Positions 26,679 to 39,300 of a DNA stretch of 64,000 nt are shown piece after piece (the stretch's first letter is position 1; the number at the start of each line of letters is the position of its first letter). Where the stretch lies: NCBI RefSeq assembly GCF_031769215.1, contig NW_026781956.1, positions 806,001 through 870,000 on the forward strand, written 5' to 3'. The position numbers and the translations under genes were made by a program. The notes under the pieces are model-generated. The model saw only the letters and a program-made list of their open reading frames with translations, did no database searches and was not told the DNA's origin. The DNA is from Ylistrum balloti (Eukaryota).

Positions 26679-29600
26679 GGAAGCCTGATGGGGTGTGGAA
26701 AGGATACAATTCCATGATCAGTGCTTACACCGAGTTAGACTGGCGGAACAGCCCTTTCACTTTGAACCTCAAGGATATCAGCTACACTGTGGGAGAGCGT
26801 CTGGGACAATGGTGGCAGGGTGCATGCTTCAGACCTGTGAGAAAAAAACGGGTACTGGACAACCTCACTGTCCAGTTCGTCAGTGGTCAGCTGACAGCTG
26901 TCCTTGGCAGCTCAGGTACGGCTTGTAATCATCTGGTCAACTTGGAAACCTTGGGTACAATGAATCACAATGGATAAGACAGGTATATCTTGTCACGGTG
27001 GATAAGACAGGTATATCTTGTCACAGTGGATAAGACAGGTATATCTTGTCACGGTGGATAAGACAGGGATATCTTGTCACAGTGGATAAGACAGGTATAT
27101 CTTGTCACGGTGGATAAATGGGGGCACATTTTTACATTTGATAAGACAGGTATATCTTGTCACGTTGGATAAGACAGGGATATATTGTCACGTTGGATAA
27201 ATGGGGGCACATTTTTACATTTGATAAGACAGGGATATCTTGTCACATTGGATAAGACAGGGATATCTTGTCACAGTGGATAAGACAGGGATATATTGTC
27301 ACGGTGGATAAATGGTGACACATTTTTACATTTGATAAGACAGGGATATCTTGTCACGGTGGATAAGACAGGTATATCTTGTCACGGTGGATAAATGGGG
27401 ACACATTTTTACATTTGATAAGACAGGGATATCTTGTCACGGTGGATAAGACAGGTATACCTTGCCACGGTGGATAAGACAGGGATATATTGTCATGTTG
27501 GATAAATGGGGACACATTTTTACATTTGATAAGACAGGGATATCTTGTCACGTTGGGTAAAACAAATATACATTGTAACTTTGGATAAAACAGGTATTCT
27601 TTGTCACATTGGAGAAGACAGATATACCTAATCACATTAGAAAAGACAGGTATACCTTATTGCACTGGATAAGACATATCCATCTTGTCACATTTGATTA
27701 GACAGATAAACTTGTCACATTTGATTAGACAGATAAACTTGTCACATTTGATTAGACAGATAAACTTGTCACATTTGATTAGACAGATAAACTTGTCACA
27801 TTTGCTCAGACGTCATATTGTCACAATGGATAAGACAGGTATACCTTGTCACGTTGGATAGGACATGTCTGCCTTGTCACATTGGATTAGATATGTCAAC
27901 CTTCTCACAATAAATGAAACGTGTCTTGCGATATTGGATAAGACTGACATTTCTGAATTCTAAATCAAACTGAGTAATTTCAGTATGATGTTTTGATAAA
28001 TAAGGACGACATCAAATTAAAAACTTGGGCCAGTAGGTGAAATAGACTCTGTTATAGCAGTTCACTTAACATGTTAATATATAGGCAGAATTTGTAAGCT
28101 ACCTCACAACAGGATGTCGTACTACACGCCAGCGAGTTCTTCAGATTTAACTTGTTAGCTTGCAAATTAACCTTTATTTGATCTCAGCATGAAACATTTG
28201 ACCAAGCCTTAACACATCACACCTTCTAATGACAAACCGGAGGTAAGCAGTCTGGAGGTCTAAATATAACCGTATTGTGAAAACCATCCTGGTCTTGGTT
28301 CAGGGAAACTGCTATACTGCAATTGTAACATAGGTACATTTAATTTACAAAGGACATATAGTTTTAATATCATCACTGGCAGTGAAATCAGACACCGAAT
28401 CCCAATAGATAAACTCTACAACACCATCACATGACATGTACGTCACAAAATTCCGGTGCAGTGTTAGAGCGATTGTGATTTTATAATTTATGTAAATATT
28501 GCAGTTCATATTTGAAATTTAAAAATCTCAACACACATTCTTTAATGAAGCTACCACATTAGCGTCAGAAAATGGAAAATGGTGTTCTACATTGAGCGAG
28601 CCAATTAACGTCGAATTTTCAGAAGTAAGGACAACGAACACCGTGTCTATAAAAGCTTACGGGCCATTTCCGTTGTAATGCGTCAAAACTTCGTCCTCTG
28701 TAAGAACATGCACCGGGATCACGAATGCTATGCTCTTTACTTCAATAATCCATTGACATTAACCTTTAATAAGACCACTTCTCATCTGATTCTGGTCAAC
28801 TTTCCATCAGAATGTCATAAAAATATTTACCAAGAAATTTAAAATGACTTTTTGAACAGCTGTCCTATTGACTAGATTGATTAATGTAAGTTAGACTATG
28901 TGGGTCCTCACTGTGTAACGTCTGTATGTATGTTTTACTGATAAGGTTTGAATGACAAATGTTTGTATACGCACCCCTATCTGACATGGTGCTGCAATGT
29001 AACTCTCACTAGTATATTCTTTACCAGGTTCTGGAAAGACGTCACTACTTGACGTCATAGCACACCGTACAGATGGCGAAGTGACAGGCAAGATGACACT
29101 CAATAAATTTGAATGTACAAAGGATTTTGTACGACAGACAACTGCCTACGTGATACAAACCGATCGCCTGTTACACACACTGACAGTTAGAGAAACACTC
29201 ATGTATGCTGCGCTCTTACGTCTTCCTAGCAAGACAACCGAGAAGGAGAGAAACGATAAGGTACATCGCCGTTGTCATATCATGGTGCAAGCTGGATAGA
29301 CTTCAGTTGTTCCACATGAACACAGTTATAAAAAGCAGTTCGCCTAATAGCATCGTCACTGTGCGATGCGACAACTTGTAGCTAGGTGGGCTTTTAGTCC
29401 TCTCTATCAGTCGTAACCTGCCTGGCTCGTTCTAGTGGCACTGTTCACAATATACACGCGTTCTTCTGAAATAATCACAAATAAGGAATTAAAACTCTGT
29501 TAATTAATGGGACTAGTGTACCACCCTATATGAATTTTGACTTTGTCACATTGAATTTTTTTCAGTCGCGCCCCAGACCTCAACATTTAGGTCTTTAGCA

Positions 29601-32600
29601 TCACTGACGGGTCCTAGAGGGACCAAGTAGCTGTAGGATGTAGTTTGCTTCACTGTTTGGCTTTACTGTGTCAATTCGTCTCAAAAGGCGCATACAACAT
29701 GAAAGATGTTATTTATTAGTCTGTCTTACAACTGACATGTATACGTTTGTCTGAAATTATTTTAGGTAGACACAGTTGTTCAGAGAATGGGTCTGAACCC
29801 TGTGAAGCACTCCAAGGTTGGTGGCCTAATTGACAGGGGAATCTCTGGAGGGGAAAAGAGGCGCGTGACCATTGCTATCCAGCTTCTACAGGATCCAAGT
29901 AAGACTTGTGTTCATCACACTCTGTTCCTTATCATGTCGTGTCAGGTGAGGTATTGAAAGTTTCCAGCAGTATTCATTTTCAGAGTATTTCAGTCTGTTA
30001 AGGACTCAATTCGAGCTAGTCTCGATACAGTTTTAGTAGAATACATCTTTCGAATTTCATTTATACACACTGGAACTAGATCGTGACAAAATGTGGTGCT
30101 TAGGGAGGAAGACAATATTCACAAGTCTAAAGCAGATGCATCAGATATCAGGTTGAGCTGAAGGCACGAATCGTTATTTTTTTTATATTAATTGAATTTA
30201 AATTTAATTTAAAACATGTGGATGAAAACTTTGTTTATAAAGAGCTCTGTAAATTGAATACATCTAAATGTACGGGACTTGATTGTTTGCCAGCTAGATG
30301 TCTCAGAGATGCTGCACCAATTATTAAAATTCACCTCACTTTTCTTATTAATGTGTCAATATCAGAGGGTATTGTTCCAGATAATTTAAAAATAGCCAAA
30401 GTCAAACCACTTTTTAAGAAAAAGGATAGACTTAATGCCGAAAACTACAGACCAGTTAGTATTCTAAGTGTAGTATCTAAAATCCTCGAACGCGCTGTGT
30501 ATAGCCAGTTAGAAACTTTCTTGGTAAGAAATAACTTTATAAACTTCAGTCCGGTTTCAGAAGCAAATATTCTACTGACACATGTTTAATACATATGCTA
30601 GATCACATCAAATCTCAGTCTTCCAAAGGTTTGTTTACAGGTATGGTATTGCTCGACTTGCAAAAAGTCTTTGATACAGTTGACCACAATACTCTATGTG
30701 ATAAGCTCCCTGTTCTCGGAGTGGAATCATTAAAATGGTTTAGACCCTATCTCTCGGGACGGAAACAAATTGTAGATATTAATGGAGTAACATCTGAGTC
30801 ATGTAAGATAAAATGTGGGGTACCTCAGGGGAATTTTATTAGATCCTCCTCTGTTCTTGATATATGTCAATGACATGCAAGTCTGCATTGATTCTAACTG
30901 CATATTGATGTTGTATGCAGACGATTCTGCTATACTTTTTTCCCATCTAAACCCAGCAGTAATATCACAAAAAATGTCTTTGGTGTTAGAGTCCTGTCAA
31001 GAATGGTTAGTGGATAACAAGCTTTCTCTACATTTAGGTAAAACCGAAAGTATTATTTTTGGCCCTTAAAGAAAATTGGATAAAGCAACAAATATGAATT
31101 TAAAATATTTTGTAATAATCATGACATTGAAGTTATGAAGTGTATGAAATATCTTGGTATAGACGTTAACGATTTACTATCAGGTGAAGAAATTGTAGAT
31201 TCCGTTGTTAAAAAGGTAAATCAACGACTAAAAGTTCTCTACAGAAACGAGCAATGTCTATCGTATAGGTCGAGGAAAAATCTTTGCTCGGCATTGATTC
31301 TTTGTCATTTCGACTATGCCAGTTCTGGTTGGTATGAAGGTTTGTCAAAAAAACTAAAACATAAATTACAGGTAGCACAAAACAAAGCCATAAGATTTAT
31401 TTTGAATGTTCAAAATAGGCACAGTATAAGATGCAGTGATTTTTTGCGTACAAACATGTTAGACATTAATTATAGGGTTAGTCAAATCAGAATGAATCAT
31501 ATGTTTAATGTTTTCCATGAAAAGGCTCCAAGCTATTTCCTTTAACAAGAATTCATGTCTACAAAATACTCGATCCTCAGCATATAATTTCAGTCTCCCA
31601 TCAGTACAAGGTAAAGAATTTACAACATTCTACTTGGTTTTTCTGTCTGTCCCTGTAGGTATTCTGCTACTGGACGAACCTACCACCGGACTAGACAGTT
31701 ATACAGCGCGTCACCTAGTCACTAGTCTCGCCGAGCTCGCTCACAAGGGTACGATTGTCATCCTCTCTATCCATCAGCCTCGATCTGACATATTTGGACT
31801 ATTGGACAAGGTGGCGCTGATGAGCACCGGAAGCATGGTATACTACGGCAACACCAACAAACTGGTAGAACACTTTACTCTGGCCGGGTACCCTTGTCCA
31901 CAATACGCCAACCCACTAGATCACTATGGCAAGTTCTTTTAGGTTATTTGATGCCCGTTTTAAGACTGTACATGCTCTTACGTAAATGTATTTAATGTTT
32001 GATCTTCATAGAGTCACACGTAGCTGCTCTTTGAAAGATCTTTCTTTGCCGCAGTGTTATTAGCTGCTCTTTTCGGTAATTTTCTGCCGTCTTTGTTTTA
32101 ATTATTTTCACTGTTTTCCCCAATATAGTTGATGTGGCAAGTGTAGACCGCCGAACAAGAGAACGGGAGATTTTGACAACACAGAAAATCGACAAACTTG
32201 TACAAATATATAAAGATTCACTTATATTTGACGACATGCGACAAGAAGTTTCAAAATTATTGAAACATTCACATAAAAACGTAAGATCCATGGCCGTTAG
32301 TCGACCAAGCAAACCAGGAGTGTTTCGGGTGATGGGCACGCTGCTGAGGTACGTAGTTCTTTACGTAGCGTTATTGCCATCTGTTTAAATATATATATAT
32401 ATCATTACCACTGTCTAATGGAGTAACATAGGAAAGCTTAGCCAAGAATCAAGCTAAGCGAAGATAATAAGGACTTATGTTATGAAGCCCAATAGGCGAC
32501 CGGAAAAAATCCAGAGTAAAACAAAGAAAAGTCAAAACCTAGACGGGAAGGTGCACTTGCCCCATAGTTCAACACATTTCAAAATTTCCATATGTCTGAT

Positions 32601-35600
32601 AAGTTTAGTACAAAAACAAGTACGTTCAGATATCCTGAGCCGTGCCACTATTTGCATGAATATAAACGTGACAGCTCAGCTCAGGGGCTAAAAGTCACCA
32701 GCAGTGTCTGCTACCTGCAATGTCAAAGATTTTACGAAAGATGAAGAAGCGAATATCAACTTTTAATGCAAATTTAGGTAAGATGTAACAAAGCCAAACA
32801 ATGGATTTACCGCACCATACAACTGTTTTGTCCTTCTGATGCCAAGGCCCTAAATTATAAATCCTAATAAGCGACTTAGCAAGTGTTTTGGTGCTGAGGT
32901 TCGATAATAAAACAAATTTCATAATTTTCATATATCTGATAGTCAACATTAGGCGTCAGTGAATATTTTGGACTGTAACACGTGACTGTTTCATATATCT
33001 GATAGTCAACATTAGGTGTCGGTGAATATTTTGGACAGTAAAACGCGACAGATTTCCATATTTAATAGGCCAGACCGTTTGATAATCTATGATTAAGATG
33101 ACTTTTTGAAATTTCAATAATAATAAATTGTATTTGTAAATATCAATTGTTGCATAGGCAAACCTTTAAGCGGCAATTAAATGGATAGGTGTTTAAACCA
33201 GATTCATGTAACTTATTTCTGGTTCATGGATATGAAAACAACACTTGGTTTTTAACTAGATCAGAATAATATGGCGGTTGTACCTACCTAATCAAGAAAT
33301 GCAGGAAAACGAGTGTTTCCTTTTGATTTCAAACAAATGATATACATTGATAACATCCTTCCAAGATGAGTTAGAGGCATTGCGTTGCAAAAGCGATGAG
33401 AATGCAAACAGAGTGTTGATGAGTGTGTGTTTGTGCTTGCCTCCGTTTAAAGGGACATTTTGATGTAATTTTGACACAATTATAAATAAAATTTTAACTT
33501 ATCATTGAAAACTGATGGGTTTTTTCCTTATCGTTGATTTCTTTCTTTCAAACTACATTCTGTCTCAGAGTTTTTGAATATCTCTTGATAATTTACTGAC
33601 CATTTGATTGGTGTGTCGGTATACTTGTCTAAGTAAGGAGGGGGCTCTCATAGCCTGTAGTCCAATTCCTTTCCGTTGACAATAAAATATTCTGAAGCGA
33701 AAAAAGATGATTGTGATAGTATATTATTACATGACGCAAAAATCTTCCGCACTTTTCATGACCTATAGGAATACATCAGGGCGTTTTCTAACTGTTTGAA
33801 GACGAAAGTTCTTTTTACAGTAGCAATACCAAGTAATCTTCCATCCCATTTTATAGAAATCACTATTGACGAAAACGTCTTACTTTTTACCATTAACTGC
33901 TGAATTCTTGGCTCATGTTGCTGACGAGACCACCAGACACATTGGACATTTTGCTTAAAAATTCACCAAGGCGTAAGTCATTTTGCCGGAGAGATTACCA
34001 GACATCAGGCAATTTGTGGCATAGACCACCAGACAAAAGACGTTTTGCCGTGGAGATCACCAGATAACATATATTTACTGGATATGTATGGTGTAGTACC
34101 AGAGGTTTTAGGGTGGTAACAGCCCCCAAACTTTTACTGTAGGGCCAAGATTTCATGTAAGTTACAATTCCCCACTGAAGTGAACACCCAGGTAGGTGTT
34201 TTCTCACTGAAGAATTTTAAGTGGGTACTTTTAAAGGCAAAAACGGTACTGGAGAATTCATTATTGTCATCTGTATGTCAAATATTTGGGATCAAGGAAA
34301 CACGGACTAGATTAAGCTATTTAACGTTGAACCCCTTTCGTTCCAGTCGATGTTACCGACACACAGGGAGGGACCGAAGTATCTACTCTAGCCGTATGTT
34401 CCTGTTGTTTTCCTTTGTGCCTTTCATCTGCCTCTTTCTACTGCAAATGGGCACAGACCAGCGAAGCATTCAAGACCGCGTGGGGCTTATATACCAGGGG
34501 ACAAGTGTTCCCTCCTACATGGGCCTGATGAACGGGTTCTACCTGTGTATGTATACCTTTTCTGCTAACTAACTACCTATAATACCTTGTTGTCAGATCT
34601 ATCCAGTTAATGTTTTCCTCGTTAGTAATTTACCCCATACAAATAACGTTATTAACATGTTACAGTTGAATTTTACAAAAGATATGTATGTGAATTGCGC
34701 CTTTCAGTTATATATCCATAAGCACAATATATAGCGAACGATGAGTAAAACTGTGACATCATTTCGTCCTTCTTGGAATCTTTCTACTTTTCATCCTTCT
34801 CTGACGAAACTTGTACTACCGAGAATGCGCCTTTTGAGACCTGTTCTCGTTGATGTTTAATTTCAGTCCCCCCATTACGGGACCTGTACTACCGAGAATC
34901 CATGGATGGTCTTTACTCTTCCGTTACCTTCGTCATCTCCTACGCATTGTATGTTGCCCCCTTCCACGTGTTCAGCACCTTTCTCTTCAGCATCTCTGTC
35001 TACTGGTCAGTGCATGTCACGTGATAAGTACATTGCGATACTAAGTTACAGACAAATGCTACCTTTTACTGTGATACGGTGATAAAATACCGACTTGCTT
35101 CTGCAGATGATAACGAATCTTTAAATTTTTGACATTGGTTATAAACACAATCTAAACCAAAAACTTTAAAAACAATTTTTTTTCCAACAGGGCGACAGGC
35201 ATGTACAACGATTGGATAAAGTATGCCGTTTTTAATGCCGTTCTCACTATTCTCCAGTTTGTTTATGAGATGCTAACTATAGGTGCTATGGGATTTTTCC
35301 TAGACCCACGCCTAGCAATCAACGTGACTACTCTCATAATGACGTTTGGCTACCTGATCTCTTCTGGACTCATCAGGTACTCAAAGCATGACGTAGCCGT
35401 TGGACTTAAAATAGTAGACTAGTATTTTTAAGATACTAAGCCGATAACTTGTTATAATAATTTTTCTTTTGTCATGTTTTCCCGAAACCCGAAACCAACC
35501 TTACGACAATATATTACTTGTAAAGTATAACCAAGAAATTCGACCTCGTAAATCCTCTCAGTTTCCATGCTTCCCCCTCCCTCCAACATCAGGTTTCAGT

Positions 35601-37395
35601 CTGTAGCTGACATTAAGCTTGTGAAAACTCGCCGTCTCCTTCACTTTGCATTTTCTACTCTATTTATACTGAGTGTGTTATCAGTTGGAATATCATGACA
35701 CACATACATAGTATATTTCATTTTTTTTACCTGATCTTGTTAAAACTTTTGTATAATTTGTTGTTGTCATGGTAACAGGCGCATGGACAACATGCTGGAC
35801 ATACTACAGTGGTTAAGCTACGCCGGAGTACACAAATACGCGTCACAGATAGTTGTCGTCAATGAATTCCAAGACCTGGTGTTTGACTGTACTAACTCCA
35901 GTGAGTATACTGTTGGTAATTTTCGCTACCAGATAAAGTACACATGTAAGAGAAGAGCGAAAAGACTTAAGAAAATCATACCAAAACTGTGTTCCTAGTT
36001 AAATTATCCGTCATTTTAACTGAAGGTAATCGTTCTTTCATTGAACCTGCAGTGATCATCAAATTATACCAAGGTCAACTGTTCTAATTGTGACATACGA
36101 ACTAGGTGTGCAAAGAATAAGACACTTTTAGTCACCGACGACACCCGTCATATCTTGGCCAACTAATGGCTCAGAAACAACGCATTAATTAGTATTATAA
36201 CGTTACATATCATCGTCTTTAGTGAATATTATATTTGTGCAGTGAAAAACGAAATTTTCTTGTTTCAACCAGACATCCAGATTGGCAGTTACGTAGACAA
36301 ATTTGTCCTCGGTTTCAAATTAAGAAGTGTTTACATGGACATTGCTTTTCTGGGTCTGTTTAAAACACTGTTAAGTATAAACTGTAGTATACTTACAAAG
36401 GTCGCTGAGTGTGAGGTAAACAGATTGTCACTCTAGATTTCGGCCTGGTCATTCCTAACGATAGGTCTAGACCAACAAGTATTTGAATCAGATAATAAGC
36501 CTTAGTATATGGTACTTTGCAATATGCATGACTAAATTAAAGGTTATAAAGAGTCTTCCACATATTGTGAAAGTCCTAAGAATCCTTAGTGCTAGATATC
36601 TATATTTCAGAGTTTCACCGTAACTCTGATTGCCACTGGCATATTCTTATCGTAGACATAAGACTTTATAAATATGCATTACACATAATCTTTCTGGTTT
36701 GGTGTAGTTGATAAAGAATGATATATTACACATTTTCTGTCGTTTCTAAGGCATCAACATTTCCGATTGTTTCCTTAATGCCTTACTGACAAGGAGGAAA
36801 CATCTGCATTATGTAAAATTGTAACAATACCCTTACAAAGCCTACATTTTGGCGAGGTTAATATTTTTGCTATTTTCACTTCAGATTATTTCTAAAATAA
36901 CCTTTATTTTACATCATCAGCTGTAATGAGAAGTTGTTACACATATGTATCTAATATCTCCAACATGTTAGATAATGATATCCCAATCTCGTATAAACTT
37001 AGCTTAGTTATTTCTTTAACATGGTTCAATTATTGCTCTCGTTAACATGGTTCAGCTGTTTCTTTAACATGGTTCAGCTGTTTCTTTAACATGGTTCAGT
37101 TGTTTCTTTAACATGGTTCAGTCTTTCTTTAACATGGTTCAGTTGTTGCTCTCGTTAACATGGGTAAGTTGTATCTTTAATATGGTTCGTTGACATTATA
37201 ATGAAGTAAACATTTATATTTGTAGCTACTGACCCCTGTCAGTATCGAAATGGAAGTGCCTTCCTAGACGCCTATTTCCCTGGCGGGGAGGACACAATCA
37301 CCCGTGACGCTGGAATTCTCACTGGTTTCCTCGGTTTCTTCATCCTCCTCCCCATAGCGACGTACACATTCAGGGGTGGGAGGAATCTACACTAG
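26679..37395 (+). CDS. ABCG5: ABCG5-like sterol half-transporter (ABC subfamily G), 10 coding exons, about 624-636 aa
   Basis: Exons 26679-26915, 29028-29260, 29766-29898, 31659-31928, 32129-32348, 34347-34546, 34867-35005, 35191-35376, 35779-35900 and 37226-37395 (TAG) join in phase across AG/GT sites; the donor at 31929 is GC. Motifs: SYTVGERLGQWW (ABCG5-type N-terminus), Walker A GSSGSGKT, Q-loop YVIQ, signature ISGGEKRR, Walker B/D-loop ILLLDEPTTGLD, H-switch SIHQPRSD, CPQYANP, then a TM domain (IQDRVGLIYQ, FPPLRDLYYRESMDGLY, VVNEF). The start is either the in-exon ATG at 26714 or in an upstream exon I could not fix. Confidence 0.92.
26971..27860. repeat. 28-bp tandem repeat with composite higher-order units in the ABCG5 intron after exon 26679-26915
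   Basis: Unit TGGATAAGACAGGTATATCTTGTCACGG, interspersed with GGATAAATGGGGGCACATTTTTACATTT blocks. Confidence 0.92.
30190..31633 (+). mobile_element. 5'-truncated, frameshifted non-LTR retrotransposon (L2/Crack/CR1 group) RT fragment in an ABCG5 intron
   Basis: Consecutive ORF pieces carry RT motifs NYRPVSILSVVSKILER, DLQKVFDTVDH, SGRKQIVDING, GVPQG, LFLIYVND, YADDS, LSLHLGKTE and KYLG. Several frameshifts are present and no 3' tail is visible. Confidence 0.9.
37010..37185. repeat. About 22-bp tandem repeat in the last ABCG5 intron (TTCTTTAACATGGTTCAGCTGT)
   Basis: About 7 imperfect copies ending about 40 nt before the acceptor. Confidence 0.85.
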
Positions 37396-37409
37396 TATCA
37401 TTACATAAC

Positions 37410-37650
37410 GAATGTTATGTGGATGAAATGTGATGAAACAAATGAAGGAATTACTATGACAATATATAAAGAATGTGATGTGGATGAAATGTGATGAACC
37501 GAAGGAAGGAAATACTATGACATTATATAAAGAATGTGATGTGGATGAAATGTGATGAACCGAATGAAGGAAATACTATGACACTATATAAAGAATGTGA
37601 TGTGGATGAAATATGATGAACCGAATGAAAGAAATACCATGACATTATTT
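37410..37650. repeat. 61-bp tandem repeat, 4 copies, just after the ABCG5 stop codon
   Basis: Copies start at 37410, 37471, 37532 and 37593. Confidence 0.9.
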
Positions 37651-38289
37651 AAGGGTAAAAACTTAGTCGTCAAGGACTTTTCATTCAGCAATGGGACCCC
37701 CATCCATAAAAACCCAAACAAAACAAAAACACTCCCATCTACATTGACTTTTTAGTTCTCTTTCACGAATAATGTGTCATATAAAGTATGCAGAGTTAAG
37801 TCCTTGATAAGGATATCGTGAATCACAATTTCTATGTGTTGACCTCACGACTTTAAAATAAATACCTGTGGCGCAGTGAATGTTCACTGGCATTTCAGAT
37901 CAGCCGAGGTATCATGGCTTCATCGGACGTGAAAACATAGATGAAAAAGAAACCTGGTTTCTTTCTCAGTAAGATTACTACGTGGTACCTAAAAGTTGAT
38001 AAAAGCATTTTTGTCACAAACTAAAACTAAACCACCTAGTATTTACTATTTGGTTTACATCATGTATCAATTGATAGCTTGTTTATTCATTTTTCACTGT
38101 GAATATTCATTTCGATATTTATTTTTAAAAACAAAACTTTTTGTTCCTTGTTCGTTGAAAAATTAAACACCAGTCATCAATATTTTCGTCTTCTAGATTT
38201 GTTGAAATGCTGCATGTTGTCAGTTAAAGGCGACTGAAGATATGGCTACTGTCACGGAAAGTTACAGAAAATGAAAGCTGCAGGAAATG

Positions 38290-39300
38290 GTGGTATAACA
38301 GTAGCACAGCAGGAAGTTATACAACAGTAATTCAACAGGTATGTTATAAAACAGTAACACAACGGGGACGTTATACAACAGTAACACAACAGTAAAGTTA
38401 TACAACAGTAACACAACAGGGAAGTTATACAACGTGTTAATACAACAGTAACACAACAGGGACGTTATACAACAGTAATTAAACAGAGACGTTATACAAC
38501 AGTAACACAACAGGGAAGTTATACAACAGTAATTCAACAGGGACGTTATACAACAGTAACACAACAGGGACGTTATACATCAGTAATTCAACAGGGACGT
38601 TATACAACAGTAACACAACAGGGAAGTTATACAACAGTAATTCAACGTGGAAGTTATACAACAGTAACACAACAGGGATGTTATACAACAGTAACACAAC
38701 AGGGACGTTGTACTACAGTAACACAACAGGGACGTTATACAACAGTAACACAACAGTAATACAACAGGGACGTTATACTACAGTAACACAACAGGGACGT
38801 TATACAACAGTAACACAACAGGGACGTTATACTACAGTAACACAACAGGAACGTTATACAACAGTAACACAACAGTAACACAACAGGGACGTTATACAAC
38901 AGTAACACAACAGGGACGTTATACTGCAGTAACACAACAGGGACGTTATAAAACAATGACACAACAGGGACGTTATACAACAGTTACACAACAGGGACGT
39001 TATACAACAGTAACACAACAAGGACGTTATACTACAGTAACACAACAGGGACGTTATACAACAGTAACACAACAGTAACACAACAGGGACGTTATACAAC
39101 AGTAACACAACAGGGACGTTATACAACAGTAACACAACAGGGACGTTATACTACAGTAACACAACAGTAAAGTTATACAACAGTAACACAACAGTAAAGC
39201 TATACAGCAGTAACACAAAAGTAACACAACAGTAAAGTTATACAACAGTAACACAACAGGGACGTTATACAACAGTAAAATAATGGGATATAATACAAAA
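38290..39300. repeat. 27-bp minisatellite (ACAGTAACACAACAGGGACGTTATACA), about 36 copies
   Basis: Direct periodicity with occasional internal ACAGTAACACA sub-duplications. Confidence 0.95.

Noticed and set aside
31508-31942. Single 144-aa gene from the ORF track
   Set aside because: It is a read-through of the LINE end, the acceptor tract and an ABCG5 exon.
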